DNA of 64,000 nt from Minisyncoccota bacterium (GCA_041663045.1 JBAZRH010000002.1:7179-71178); one strand, 5' to 3'; counted from the stretch's first letter, positions 43,355 to 53,812 are shown. Made by a program: numbers and translations. The notes: generated by a model not told the origin, from the sequence alone.

Positions 43355-43535
43355 AAGTTGACAGTAAGTGTATAACTACTTTTGTTGTGTCCGCAGGCGA
43401 GTTTGCTTGGCACGATGTGGTGTAATTATGCCGAGTGTAATCACAAGGCATAATTATGCCACAGCGGAAACCGCCGAGGATTAGGAAACTCTCCGCAGGA
43501 GAGAGTTTCCGCACAACAAAAGTAGTTATACACTT
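43355..43535. ncRNA. Unclassified structured-RNA-like element, copy 2 (26-bp closing stem caagtgtataactacttttgttgtg / cacaacaaaagtagttatacacttg)
   Basis: Same conserved core as 23990-24168. The closing stem, central hairpin and 3' hairpin have different sequences but preserved pairing. Confidence 0.45.
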
Positions 43536-43612
43536 GCTTGAAAATTATTAAAGGGCTGTGATGTGAAGAGAAGGGAGAAAAAAGTTAAAAAATTTGTTAT
43601 AATTTAAGTATC

Positions 43613-45883
43613 ATGGCTATCAAACAAAAAGAAAAAAATGAAAAGAGAACCGGCCTATGGCACGGTGTAAAAAATGAAACAAAACAAGGAATCTGGGCGG
43701 TAACCTTTTTTGTCCTTGCGGCAATTTTTACCCTAGCATCTCTTTCTAAAGCAGGAGTCGTGGGTGATAAGATTTATTATATACTTTCTGTTTTATTGGG
43801 TATTGGATATTTCCTAATTCCCCTTTTCTTTTTTCTTCTATCTGTCTCATTCCTGAAAGCTGAGGAAAGAGAATTTAATAAACTAAAAGTCACTGGTGGA
43901 ATATTTTTCTTTATTTCTGGACTTGGTCTCATAGATCTCGTCTCAAAGACGTACTGGATAGCACAAGGTGGAAAGATCGGTTGGCTCATCTCCACTCCCC
44001 TTCTAAAACTATTCGGTTTCTATGCTAGCACCATTATCCTTGTCGCTGTACTTATTATCTCCTGCCTTGTACTTTTTGAGACAAAGTTAACTGTCGAATC
44101 GATATTGTTCTGGAGAAAATGGAAGAAAACTGAGAAAGAAGGAGTAGAGAATAAAATGGATATGAAAAAGCTCCGAGTCACAAAAGGAGAAGATAACTCT
44201 GAAGAAGAGACGGAGGACGTAGAAAGAGTCGAGAAAGCAAAAAGGCAAGTTAGGGCTGTTGTTGTAAGAAAGTCTGAAGAAGAGGAAGAATTTAAAATGA
44301 CCCCAAGAGCTGTGGGCAACACACAATACACTCCCCCTCCACTATCCCTGCTTGAAAATGACAAAGGCAAGCCAGGAGTTGGTGACATAAAAGCAAATGC
44401 AAATATTATAAAACGTACACTACAGAATTTCGGTATTGATGTAGAAATGGATGAAGTCTCTATCGGCCCATCTATCACAAGATATGCATTTAAACCCGCA
44501 GAGGGCATGAAACTTTCAAGAATAGTCGGCTTACAAAATGACCTCGCCCTTGCTTTAGCAGCTCATCCACTTAGAATCGAAGCTCCTATACCAGGTAAAT
44601 CACTCGTAGGTATTGAAATACCAAATACAGTAAAATCTATCGTAGGCCTTGCCTCTCTTATCGGTACTGAAGAATTCCAGAAATCGGAAAAGCCCCTTAT
44701 GATCACCCTAGGAAAAGGTATTTCCGGTAAATCACATTATGCAAACTTGGCTAAAATGCCCCATGTTCTTGTGGCAGGATCGACCGGTTCCGGTAAATCT
44801 GTCACAATTCACACTATCATCACTTCCCTACTTTATAGGAATTCCCCAGAGAATCTTAAATTCATAATGATAGACCCAAAGCGTGTGGAACTTACCTTGT
44901 ACAATAAAATCCCTCATCTTTTAACACCAGTTATCACAGAAGCCAAGAAAACTATCCTCGCTTTGAAATGGGCGACAAAAGAAATGGATCGCAGATATGA
45001 TATTTTAGAAGCAGAAGCATGTAAAGATATAGATTCATATCATAAAAACATTCTCTCTCCGGAGTTGAAGAAAATAGAGGAACTCAAGAAAAAGGGACAA
45101 TATGACCCAGAGAAACATACAGCACCAGAGCTTATGCCTTACATCATTGTCGTTATAGACGAGCTTGCTGATATTATGATGTCTTACCCGAGAGAACTTG
45201 AATCTGCCATAGTTCGTCTCGCACAAATGTCACGTGCCGTCGGTATTCACCTCATACTCTCAACACAAAGACCTTCCGTAAATGTTATTACAGGGCTTAT
45301 TAAAGCAAATGTTCCTGCAAGAATAGCCCTTCAGGTGGTATCGCAGGTTGATTCAAGAACTATTCTAGACACAAGCGGTGCAGAAAAACTCCTTGGTGCC
45401 GGAGACATGCTTTATCTCGGTGGAGAAATGTCAAAGCCCGTAAGAATCCAGTCAGCCTTTATCTCTGAAGCAGAAGTCAAGGGGGTTGTAAAATATTTAG
45501 TAAATGCATATAGGGATGAGCTTATTGGCGGAGAATTAAACCTTACACCTGAATCTGTCGGCGGAGAAAACAGCGACGCCCTCGGCTCCATGCTTGAGGC
45601 CGGAGAGATGGGTGAAGACGACGACATGTATGAACAAGCGAAAGATGAGGTTATAAAAGCTGGCAAGGCTTCCACTTCATATATTCAAAGAAAGTTGCGC
45701 CTAGGATACGCTAGGGCAGCAAGAATTATGGATATGCTTGAACAAAGGGGTATTATAGGTCCGGGCGATGGTGCCAAGCCAAGGGATGTACTCGTAGGAA
45801 GTGCAGCCGAAGCAGAAGAAAATAAGTTGAAAGAGCAAATAGCAGAAGCTGGAGTGGAACATAAAGATGGAGATTATCTATGA
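43613..45883 (+). CDS. ftsK: DNA translocase FtsK/SpoIIIE
   Basis: N-terminal TM helices; motor domain VLVAGSTGSGKSVTIHTII, IIVVIDELADIM, LILSTQRPSV; C-terminal gamma winged helix YIQRKLRLGYARAARIMDMLEQRGII. Confidence 0.9.
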   Translation: MAIKQKEKNEKRTGLWHGVKNETKQGIWAVTFFVLAAIFTLASLSKAGVVGDKIYYILSVLLGIGYFLIPLFFFLLSVSFLKAEEREFNKLKVTGGIFFFISGLGLIDLVSKTYWIAQGGKIGWLISTPLLKLFGFYASTIILVAVLIISCLVLFETKLTVESILFWRKWKKTEKEGVENKMDMKKLRVTKGEDNSEEETEDVERVEKAKRQVRAVVVRKSEEEEEFKMTPRAVGNTQYTPPPLSLLENDKGKPGVGDIKANANIIKRTLQNFGIDVEMDEVSIGPSITRYAFKPAEGMKLSRIVGLQNDLALALAAHPLRIEAPIPGKSLVGIEIPNTVKSIVGLASLIGTEEFQKSEKPLMITLGKGISGKSHYANLAKMPHVLVAGSTGSGKSVTIHTIITSLLYRNSPENLKFIMIDPKRVELTLYNKIPHLLTPVITEAKKTILALKWATKEMDRRYDILEAEACKDIDSYHKNILSPELKKIEELKKKGQYDPEKHTAPELMPYIIVVIDELADIMMSYPRELESAIVRLAQMSRAVGIHLILSTQRPSVNVITGLIKANVPARIALQVVSQVDSRTILDTSGAEKLLGAGDMLYLGGEMSKPVRIQSAFISEAEVKGVVKYLVNAYRDELIGGELNLTPESVGGENSDALGSMLEAGEMGEDDDMYEQAKDEVIKAGKASTSYIQRKLRLGYARAARIMDMLEQRGIIGPGDGAKPRDVLVGSAAEAEENKLKEQIAEAGVEHKDGDYL

Positions 45884-46233
45884 CCGATAGGCATAAAACA
45901 AGAAAATGGATAAAGATAATTTCAATAAGTACTTTTACTCTGTTCGTAGTTTGCTATGCTCTTTATGAGGTACAGAGAATAGCCTATGGACCAAGAATAA
46001 CAATTCTTACACCAAAAAATGGTTCCCTTGTATCTGAATCTTTTGTTAATATATTGGGTAAAGCAGAAAATATTAAGGATATAAGTATGAATGACAGGAA
46101 AATCTTTATAGATGAAACTGGTAATTTCGATGAAAAAATCCTTCTATCTTATGGGTATAATCTTATAACACTAAAAGCAAGCGATAAGTTTAATAGAAAG
46201 ACAGAAAAAACGCTTGAAATCGTTTACAAGTGA
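45880..46233 (+). CDS. Hypothetical membrane-anchored protein
   Basis: 117 aa, overlapping the ftsK stop (ATGA), with one TM helix. Confidence 0.4.
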   Translation: MTDRHKTRKWIKIISISTFTLFVVCYALYEVQRIAYGPRITILTPKNGSLVSESFVNILGKAENIKDISMNDRKIFIDETGNFDEKILLSYGYNLITLKASDKFNRKTEKTLEIVYK

Positions 46234-46276
46234 TTTGTAAGTGTGATAAAATGAAGACAATTATAATTTTAAAAAA

Positions 46277-47350
46277 ATGGCAAAAAAAATAAAAGAAAAA
46301 AAGATTGAAGAAGAAGTAAGAGAAGACGTTACTACTGAAGGAAAAAGCACAGAAAATAAACCTAGCAAAGCTAGTATGAGTAAGATTGAAGATGCGATGC
46401 AGGCTATCAAGACAAAATTTGGTGATGAAGCGATAATGATGCTTGGAGAAAAACCAAAAGTAAATGTAAATTCCATTCCAACTGGCTCTATCGGCCTTGA
46501 TGCGGCACTTGGTGTTGGTGGGCTTCCCCGTGGAAGAATAGTTGAGATATTTGGCCCAGAATCTTCAGGAAAGACCACTTTGGCACTTCATGTAGTAGCT
46601 GAAGCACAAAAGATAGGAGGTATTTGCGCTTATATAGACGCAGAACATGCTATGGACCCAGAGTATGCAAAGAAACTTGGCGTAAAGCTCGATGAGCTTT
46701 TGATTTCCCAGCCAGATACAGGCGAGCAAGGACTTGATATTGTGGACAGCTTGGTTCGCTCCGGCAAAATGGATGTCATTGTCATAGACTCTGTGGCTGC
46801 ACTTACACCGAAAGATGAAATCGAAGGCGATATGGGAGCGTATCATGTCGGTAAGCAAGCAAGGCTTATGTCGCAAGCACTTAGAAAGCTCACCGCGATA
46901 GTGGCGAAGTCAAAGACAATAGTAATATTCATAAATCAAATCAGAATGCAGATAGGTGTAATGTTTGGCAATCCGGAGACAACTCCAGGTGGAAAAGCTT
47001 TGAAGTTTTATACTTCGGTAAGGCTTGATATCAGGAGAATCGCACAGATAAAGAAAGGCGAAGAAATAATGGGCGGACGAGTGAGAGTGAAAGTTGTGAA
47101 AAATAAAGTGGCAGCACCTTTCAAACAAACAGAATTTGACCTTATGTATAACGAAGGTATTTCAAAAGAAGGTGAAATGCTCGCCCTCGGTGAGAAGATG
47201 GGCATAGTCAAAAAATCCGGCTCTTCTTATGAATACAATGGTGAGAAGATCGGCCGTGGTTATGATTCTGCAAGAACATTCTTAAAAGAGAGTCCAAAAG
47301 TCGCAGATAATATATTGAAAGTGATAAGAGAGAAATTGAAAGAGATATAA
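46277..47350 (+). CDS. recA: Recombinase RecA
   Basis: [20 protein letters not shown], loops L1/L2 and [25 protein letters not shown]. Confidence 0.95.
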   Translation: MAKKIKEKKIEEEVREDVTTEGKSTENKPSKASMSKIEDAMQAIKTKFGDEAIMMLGEKPKVNVNSIPTGSIGLDAALGVGGLPRGRIVEIFGPESSGKTTLALHVVAEAQKIGGICAYIDAEHAMDPEYAKKLGVKLDELLISQPDTGEQGLDIVDSLVRSGKMDVIVIDSVAALTPKDEIEGDMGAYHVGKQARLMSQALRKLTAIVAKSKTIVIFINQIRMQIGVMFGNPETTPGGKALKFYTSVRLDIRRIAQIKKGEEIMGGRVRVKVVKNKVAAPFKQTEFDLMYNEGISKEGEMLALGEKMGIVKKSGSSYEYNGEKIGRGYDSARTFLKESPKVADNILKVIREKLKEI

Positions 47351-47354
47351 AAAA

Positions 47355-47440
47355 ATACAAAAAGGGCGGGCGTTTCGCACCCGCCTCTTGTATAAGAATT
47401 TACAAAAAGAAAACTGCCGCTCGTAATGACACGGCAGTTT
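47355..47440 (+). terminator. Two tandem intrinsic terminators after recA (gggcgggcg tttcgcac ccgcc; ctgccg ...cggcag tttt)
   Basis: GC hairpins followed by T-runs on the plus strand. Confidence 0.55.
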
Positions 47441-47468
47441 TCCGTTGTCATTCGAGTCGGCAGTGTAT

Positions 47469-48014
47469 TCAGCACTTGAAGCCGTCGGACCGATCGTGCC
47501 ACCCACTCATAAAGAAGTACGTGACATTTTCGAGTTGTCCATCTATTTTGTCCAGGTCTACTGCGATATCACATATACCACCAGTCTGTTCGACGGTCGG
47601 CTTGCATATGCGAATCTTCCCAGATTTAATGTAAGGAAACGCGACCCAATAGTATAAATACCCGGCCGCGAGCTCACATAGGTGTTTAGCCTGTTCTTCA
47701 TTCAGAAGTGAGTATTTCCTCTCATAAGCTTCTTTAAGAAGGTTTCTTACTGTCGGCGGGCTTGCACGCCACTCACAGTTGCGAACGCACGCCAATCTCC
47801 ACAAATCAGCTATTCCATTGGGTCTCAGGCGAGCGATCTCCCGCATCAGGAATATATAATCATCCTTGGCGACGGGGAGCAGAAGTTTCCGCAACTTCTC
47901 TGGATTCCCGATGAGCTCTTTCATCCGATCACAACTGATGTTCCGACTTAGTGCATTTGCAATGGCCGCTACGAATCCTGCAGTAACTCCGTCTAGGGTA
48001 TCGTTTGTTTTCAC
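47469..48014 (-). CDS. Hypothetical protein, GC-elevated (about 48-50% vs 36% background), Cys-containing
   Basis: 181 aa with no recognisable motif. Composition is atypical for this window. Confidence 0.4.
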   Translation of the reverse strand: MKTNDTLDGVTAGFVAAIANALSRNISCDRMKELIGNPEKLRKLLLPVAKDDYIFLMREIARLRPNGIADLWRLACVRNCEWRASPPTVRNLLKEAYERKYSLLNEEQAKHLCELAAGYLYYWVAFPYIKSGKIRICKPTVEQTGGICDIAVDLDKIDGQLENVTYFFMSGWHDRSDGFKC

Positions 48015-48267
48015 AACTTTCTCCTTCGACTTTCTTTTTTTGTTTACTGCTACAGCTTTTCACCACACGGTTTTGTGCTATAGCAGAAAGATGACTAAGA
48101 TATAATCAACTTTCTGCTATAGCTAAAACTCCAAGTGCTTATCAAAGAACTATCCTACTAGTATACACCTTTTGAACCCATTTGTCAAACTTTTTCGCAT
48201 TTTGTTATAGAAACAGCCCAAAAATGGCTTCGAGAAGCCCTTTTCTGGCGATTCCTCGTCATTGCAA

Positions 48268-48345
48268 TCCTCCCCGATTGTCATTCCGGCGTAGGCCGGA
48301 ATCCAGACTTTTCTGATTCCTGGATCCCATTCTTCAATGGGATGA
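48268..48345. repeat. Cloverleaf-like four-stem element, copy A (closing stem ttgtc/gacag; hairpins attccggc-gtag-gccggaat, ccag..ctgg, tccca..tggga)
   Basis: A second copy at 61712-61797 has the same closing stem and junctions but covarying hairpin stems. Confidence 0.5.
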
Positions 48346-48378
48346 CAGAAGAGGGGTTTCGCGAAGCGAAACCCCTCT
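48346..48378. terminator. GC hairpin gaggggtttcgc gaa gcgaaacccctc with a 3' T-run (plus strand); lies between efp stop and element A
   Basis: 12-bp stem visible in the sequence, followed by tttctttat. Confidence 0.5.
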
Positions 48379-48419
48379 TTCTTTATACTTTAAAAACTTT
48401 ATGAACTTTTAACTTCTGC

Positions 48420-48992
48420 CTAGCTATTGACCCTCCCCGCATAATCCCCCGTCTCTGTATTTACCGCGATCAATTCACCTTCTGTGATAAACAGTGGTGC
48501 CAAGATAATAGCTCCGGTCTCAAGAGTAATCTGTTTTGTGCCACCACTTGAAGTGTCCCCTTTCACTGCCGGAGGAGCATCTGTCACTTTCAGCTCTACT
48601 TTTATAGGTATCTTTACTCCGATAATCTTTTCTTCAAAAATCATTGTCTCAACTTCACTGTTTGGTTTCAAAAACTTTCCTGGAGTTCCGATAAGATCTT
48701 CACCAATCTCAAATCTATCCGCCGGATTTTTTGGATCACAGAAGAAAAATTTACCTTTATTTGTGTATAAAAACTTGGCATCCTTATAATCTATTTCCGC
48801 TTCCTCCACCCTTTCAGAGACATGATAAGAAACCTCAGTAACTTTACCTGTAATCATATTCTTCATCTTCACGGCATTTACTGGTTTTCTCTGTTGTTTT
48901 CTAAAAACATGGGAATTTAAAATTTCATAAGGCTGACCCTCATGAATTATAAACTTCTTCTCTACGACTTCATTATACTCAAGCATTCCCAT
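48420..48992 (-). CDS. efp: Elongation factor P
   Basis: C-terminal GDTSSGGTKQITLETGAIILAPLFITEGELIAVNTETGDYAGRV; three OB-like domains. Confidence 0.8.
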   Translation of the reverse strand: MGMLEYNEVVEKKFIIHEGQPYEILNSHVFRKQQRKPVNAVKMKNMITGKVTEVSYHVSERVEEAEIDYKDAKFLYTNKGKFFFCDPKNPADRFEIGEDLIGTPGKFLKPNSEVETMIFEEKIIGVKIPIKVELKVTDAPPAVKGDTSSGGTKQITLETGAIILAPLFITEGELIAVNTETGDYAGRVNS

Positions 48993-49055
48993 TTTAGTTA
49001 GGTATTAGGTGTTAGTTTCTAGCTGTTATAGAAAAAATTTCCTAAAAACTATTAA

Positions 49056-49256
49056 TTAGCGAGCTAGATAAGGTATAAGTGCCATAAATCTGGCTCTTTT
49101 TACTGCTTGAGCGAGCTGTCTTTGGCTTCTTGCAGAAACATAAGTCTTCTTTTTACCCTGCACTCTTGCATGGGGATTCAAGAACTTCTTAAGAAGCTCT
49201 ACATCTTTGTAGTCTATTTGTTTAATATTATTTTGTGAAAAAAAGCACTGCTTCAT
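49056..49256 (-). CDS. rpsR: 30S ribosomal protein S18
   Basis: IDYKDVELLKKFLNPHARVQGKKKTYVSARSQRQLAQAVKRARFMALIPY. Confidence 0.85.
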   Translation of the reverse strand: MKQCFFSQNNIKQIDYKDVELLKKFLNPHARVQGKKKTYVSARSQRQLAQAVKRARFMALIPYLAR

Positions 49257-49267
49257 ATATTTTATTT

Positions 49268-49723
49268 TTAAAATGGAATGTCTTCTGGATTAATCTCTTC
49301 TGTTGGATATTCTATGGTATCCATCTCTGGTGCTTTCGCCTTTGGAGCCGTTGAGCTTGCTTCTACTGGCTTACCTGACGGGATACCACCACCTCCACCA
49401 ACTCTTGGCCCAAACTGCACTCTGTCCGCTACTATCTCCGTCCTATAATTTTTCTTCCCTTCTGTCTCCCAACTTCTTGTCTGCATTCTACCTTCAACCA
49501 AAACATTGCTACCCTTCTTCAAATATTGAGCTGTGGTCTCTGCCTGTCTACCAAATACTACTATGTTGTGAAAATCTGCAGATTCTTGCTTAACACCATT
49601 TTTGTCTTTCCATACTCTATTTGTGGCGACAGAAAATGATGCTACCTGAATACCAGATGGAAGTGATTTGAGTTCTGGATCTCTTGTAAGATTCCCTATG
49701 ACAAATGCTTTGTTTAAATACAT
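49268..49723 (-). CDS. ssb: Single-stranded DNA-binding protein
   Basis: OB fold MYLNKAFVIGNLTRDPELK...; acidic C-terminal tail ending DIPF. Confidence 0.9.
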   Translation of the reverse strand: MYLNKAFVIGNLTRDPELKSLPSGIQVASFSVATNRVWKDKNGVKQESADFHNIVVFGRQAETTAQYLKKGSNVLVEGRMQTRSWETEGKKNYRTEIVADRVQFGPRVGGGGGIPSGKPVEASSTAPKAKAPEMDTIEYPTEEINPEDIPF

Positions 49724-49732
49724 ACTTATATA

Positions 49733-50275
49733 TTATACTTTTACCTCTTCTGACACAAGCTCATCTATTGATTTATCTATTTCTTCGATAGATGCTGGCT
49801 TTGCTTCTTTCGCTTCTTTTACTGCCATTGGTTTTATCTTTGCTTCTTTGTCAGAAAATACTGTAATCTTGGGAGAATACATTGTGTTTCCTCTAATAGT
49901 TTTTATTACCAAATATCTCAAAAGAGTATCACTTCCTTTTAACGCAGATTCTATCTTTGTTATATCTCCGCTAAGGGGAAGATTAAACTTAATCCAGCCA
50001 AAATATGCTTTATCAAAGGTCTTATACTGACCTCCGAAGGCTTTCTTTATTGAATATGCAAGAGGTCTTAGTTTAGGAATTTCTTCGGATATGATTTCGG
50101 CTTTCTCTTTGTTCAAGATGGCTTTTACTTTCTCTACTTCAGCGGGTATTCCCTCTTCTGCAACAGAAGAAATGACATGGTATCCGATTTCGTATACCTT
50201 TTCCTCGTTATTTTTGACTACTTTTTCCTTTTTACTCATGCGCGTAAGATTAGCACAATATTTTTTAAAAAGCAA
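49733..50275 (-). CDS. rpsF: 30S ribosomal protein S6 (C-terminally extended)
   Basis: KVYEIGYHV..., LAY motif, and the conserved rpsF-ssb-rpsR order. Confidence 0.65.
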   Translation of the reverse strand: MLFKKYCANLTRMSKKEKVVKNNEEKVYEIGYHVISSVAEEGIPAEVEKVKAILNKEKAEIISEEIPKLRPLAYSIKKAFGGQYKTFDKAYFGWIKFNLPLSGDITKIESALKGSDTLLRYLVIKTIRGNTMYSPKITVFSDKEAKIKPMAVKEAKEAKPASIEEIDKSIDELVSEEVKV

Positions 50276-50414
50276 CGGGAGAATATGATCCTTTGTAGGC
50301 GAGCGAAATAGTATCCTTTTTGGAGACTCTCGGAATGCGACGGCATGAGAGGGAGCAAATTTTCAGCAGAAAATTATGCGTGCTCCAAAAAGGATACTGT
50401 TGAGCGAGCCTATT

Positions 50415-51758
50415 CTAAAACTTCAAAATATTCTCAAACTCTTTTGTATCTTTGAACTTACCGACGATTGAAAGATTCAAACTTTCATTTTTGAAAATCC
50501 TTTCGGCAACATATTTTATGTCCTCTGCCTTTACAGACTTTATCTCTTTTATAATATCATCCGGATTTTTCATATCTTTTCTCAAAATTTCTTGAAAACC
50601 ATAAAAGTCAGCAATATCATCTGACGATTCAAGACCAAGATTGAGTCTGCCAATCAAGCACTGTTTAACCTTATTCAATTCATCTTGACCGACAAGCTCT
50701 GTCTTTACCTTCTTAAGCTCGGCGAGTATTGCTGTAATCCCCTCTTTTATTCTCTTACTATCAAGACCAGCAGAGACACCAAAAACACCGTGATCTGTAA
50801 GTGCATCGTTCTCCGCACGGACATAATAACAAATACCAAGATCTTCTCTCATTTTCTGAAAAAGTCTTGAGCTCATACCTCCTGAAAGCACAGCCGTAAG
50901 CACTCTCAAAATGCCGTTATATTTATTGTAAGTATCAAAAGTGCGAACACCAAGCACTATATGTGACTGATCGGTGTCTTTATAAAATACAGAAACTTGC
51001 GGAGCTTTTTGAGATTCAATCACTTTCTTCTTTTCTTCTTTCTTCCACTTGCCGACATTTTTGAAAGCGAGAGTTATTTTCTTGATAATATCTTTTTCAT
51101 TGAATCTACCCGCAACGATGACGGTGGTAGCCTTGGCGACATAGTGCTTGTTCCTGTAGTCTATAAAATCTGCGCGTTTTGTCTTCAAAATATTTTCTTT
51201 CGGGCCGGCTATACTCCATCCAGCGGGCTGATTACCATAGAGAAGTTTTAGAAATTCATATTGAACTTTGTGCTGTGGGATATCATTTATCATGTTTATC
51301 TCCTCCACAATCACACCCTTTTCCTTTTCCATTTCTTTTTCTGGAAAGACGGGATTTAAATAAATATCAGATACAACATCCAAAATCTTATCTATATTCT
51401 TATAGTCGGCCTTTGCATAATATCCTGTGTATTCTTGAGATGTAAAAGCATTGTAATGCGAGCCGATACCATCTAGCTCTTTTGAAATATCTGAAGCAGT
51501 GGGGCGCTTCACTGTGCCTTTGAAACACATATGCTCAAGAAAATGGGAAATGCCGTTATTTTCTTTATTTTCATATTTTGAACCGGCTTCGACAAGGACA
51601 AGCACTGTCGCTGTCGGATTCTCCTTCATCGGAATAGTGATAATCCTCAAACCATTTTTTAGAATTTTCTTTGTGTATAACATACGAATAATTATGCGAA
51701 TATTACGAATGGCTACGAATAAAAATCGGAGACCAATACGATGTAATAAATATATCAC
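50415..51758 (-). CDS. M16-family zinc metallopeptidase (insulinase/pitrilysin-like)
   Basis: Inverted zinc motif HFLEHMCFKGT and a downstream E; about 430-aa two-lobe architecture. Confidence 0.75.
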   Translation of the reverse strand: MIYLLHRIGLRFLFVAIRNIRIIIRMLYTKKILKNGLRIITIPMKENPTATVLVLVEAGSKYENKENNGISHFLEHMCFKGTVKRPTASDISKELDGIGSHYNAFTSQEYTGYYAKADYKNIDKILDVVSDIYLNPVFPEKEMEKEKGVIVEEINMINDIPQHKVQYEFLKLLYGNQPAGWSIAGPKENILKTKRADFIDYRNKHYVAKATTVIVAGRFNEKDIIKKITLAFKNVGKWKKEEKKKVIESQKAPQVSVFYKDTDQSHIVLGVRTFDTYNKYNGILRVLTAVLSGGMSSRLFQKMREDLGICYYVRAENDALTDHGVFGVSAGLDSKRIKEGITAILAELKKVKTELVGQDELNKVKQCLIGRLNLGLESSDDIADFYGFQEILRKDMKNPDDIIKEIKSVKAEDIKYVAERIFKNESLNLSIVGKFKDTKEFENILKF

Positions 51759-51828
51759 AGATTGGGGGAAATAATAAATAAAAAAAGCGACCGGTCACTC
51801 GACCGATCGCTATTGAATCGCCACAGAA

Positions 51829-52299
51829 TCACGTAGCCAGACTGATTGATTCTTCGGCAGCTATACGCTCCAATTTACTCAATGTCCGCTTATTGGCAGA
51901 TTCCTTGGAGATAAGACTGTGGTATTGTTTCCTTATTTCAGGAATGAACAATTTACCACGCCTGCAGACCTTAAAAATCAAGCCTTCACGAGAGCCGTCG
52001 TATAGCTTAAACCACATGTCCTTAACTTTGGAATGGTCAAGAACCTCCAGACGACCACCAGCCAGAACTTTTGCATACCGAACCAAGACACACAGGCTGT
52101 GCAGATTCAGTACATCGCAGATGTCTAGGGAACACCCTTGCTTTTGAACGCCTCTTTCTGTCTGGTTTCGTTTAAGCCCGCCGTGCTCATGTACGGCCCA
52201 GACACCGCCGAAGATTTCTTTTGCGAGCTCCATTCCCTCTTTCAAATCCGGGTTACCGGAATGAATTTCGACTACCAACACTGACAATATCCTGCTCAT
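51829..52299 (-). CDS. Hypothetical protein, GC-elevated (about 47%)
   Basis: 156 aa with an HEHGG segment. No family recognised. Confidence 0.35.
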   Translation of the reverse strand: MSRILSVLVVEIHSGNPDLKEGMELAKEIFGGVWAVHEHGGLKRNQTERGVQKQGCSLDICDVLNLHSLCVLVRYAKVLAGGRLEVLDHSKVKDMWFKLYDGSREGLIFKVCRRGKLFIPEIRKQYHSLISKESANKRTLSKLERIAAEESISLAT

Positions 52300-52379
52300 A
52301 TATTCCTCCTGTTTTGTCTGTTTCCTTACAATGTTCTTCTAATAATCAAACTACCAGAGAATCAAAATATGTCAAATCA

Positions 52380-52412
52380 AAGTGGCGGGCGACCGAAGGT
52401 CGTCCGCCACTT
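52380..52412 (-). terminator. Intrinsic terminator after glyQS (agtggcgggcgacc gaag gtcgtccgccact)
   Basis: Long GC stem right after the glyQS stop codon. Confidence 0.55.
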
Positions 52413-52418
52413 TGATTT

Positions 52419-53774
52419 TTATACTAATTTCTCTTTCAAAAATTCAATTAAGTTTTTTATATCTATTCTCTCCTGTTTTCCTGTATCTCTATCTCTCACC
52501 GTCACGGAATTATCTTTTTCAATAGTGTCAAAATCTATCGTTACGCAAAACGGCGTGCCTATTTCATCTTGCCTTCTATATCTTTTGCCGATATTGCCGT
52601 TATCATCAAACTCCACTGCTCCGAATTCTTTTTTCAAATCTTTATAAATTTCTCTCGCTTTCTCCACAAGTTGCGGTTTATTCTTCAGAAGCGGAAATAC
52701 CGCAACTTTCACCGGCGCAATATTAGGGACGATTTTCAGATAAATTCTCTTTTCTCCACCGAGCTCATCTTCTGTATAAGCATCGGAAAGCACAGCAAGC
52801 ACAGATCTATCAAGGCCTAGTGAGGGTTCTATGCAGTGAGGCGTGATTTTCTCTTTTTTCTCTTCATCAAGATATATCAAATCGACTCCGCTACTCTTCG
52901 AATGCCTACCGAGATCATAATCTGTCCTGTATGCAAGACCATAAAGCTCGCTTGTGCCAAAAGGAAAATCAAATTCAAAATCTATAGTGCGTTTGGAATA
53001 AAAAGCTCTGTCTGCATCTGGTATTTCATGTTCATGCACATGCTCTGCTCTCAAACCTATCTCTTTTGTCCAATCAAGCATTTCTTTTCTAAAATGCTCA
53101 AAGGTCTCCTGCCATGCTTCTGGCTTTATCAAATATTCTATCTCCATCTGTTCAAACTCTCTTGAGCGGAAAGTAAAATCTCTTGGAGCTATTTCATTTC
53201 TAAATGCTTTACCAACCTGCGCCATACCAAAAGGAAGCTTTGGATGAAAAGAATCTACAATATTTTTATAATTTACAAACATGCCTTGAGCCGTTTCTGG
53301 TCTCAAATATGACACTGAATTCTCATCTTGAAGTGCGCCGACATTGGTCTTGAAAAGCATATTAAACTGCCTCTCCTCACCCATCTCCCCGCCACAGTCA
53401 GGGCATTTTCCGCCTGAGGCGGACCCGCCTTTGGTGGGCTTTTCTAACTGGTCTGTACGAAATCTCTTCTTGCATTTCTTGCACTCAGAAAGCGGGTCAG
53501 AAAAGTTGCCCACGTGGCCGGTGGCTTTCCAGACATTTTGATTCATAAGGATAGAAGCATCTACACCATACATATCTTCTCTATCAGTAACAAACTTCTT
53601 CCACCAGGCATCGCGGATATTATTTTTCAAAGCTACACCAAGTGGCCCATAGTCCCAAGTACCGGCAAGTCCGCCGTATATTTCTGAGCCCTGAAAAATA
53701 AAACCTCTTCTTTTACAAAGAGAAATAATATTTTCCATCTTTACACCTCCTTCTGTTTTTTCTTTTTTTGCCAT
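52419..53774 (-). CDS. glyQS: Glycyl-tRNA synthetase, dimeric (alpha2) type
   Basis: N-terminal RRGFIFQGSEIYGGLAGTWDYGPLG GlyRS signature; class II core and anticodon-binding domain. Confidence 0.85.
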   Translation of the reverse strand: MAKKEKTEGGVKMENIISLCKRRGFIFQGSEIYGGLAGTWDYGPLGVALKNNIRDAWWKKFVTDREDMYGVDASILMNQNVWKATGHVGNFSDPLSECKKCKKRFRTDQLEKPTKGGSASGGKCPDCGGEMGEERQFNMLFKTNVGALQDENSVSYLRPETAQGMFVNYKNIVDSFHPKLPFGMAQVGKAFRNEIAPRDFTFRSREFEQMEIEYLIKPEAWQETFEHFRKEMLDWTKEIGLRAEHVHEHEIPDADRAFYSKRTIDFEFDFPFGTSELYGLAYRTDYDLGRHSKSSGVDLIYLDEEKKEKITPHCIEPSLGLDRSVLAVLSDAYTEDELGGEKRIYLKIVPNIAPVKVAVFPLLKNKPQLVEKAREIYKDLKKEFGAVEFDDNGNIGKRYRRQDEIGTPFCVTIDFDTIEKDNSVTVRDRDTGKQERIDIKNLIEFLKEKLV

Positions 53775-53812
53775 ATTGTTTCTATAATAACCAAAAATGT
53801 ATTTTTCGCAAA

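Noticed and set aside
48268-48345. Hammerhead ribozyme or tRNA for the cloverleaf-like repeat
   Set aside because: CUGAUGA occurs in only one copy and there is no GAAA core. Stem lengths and inter-stem spacing do not fit a tRNA (8-bp first arm with a tetraloop; no D or T-loop consensus).
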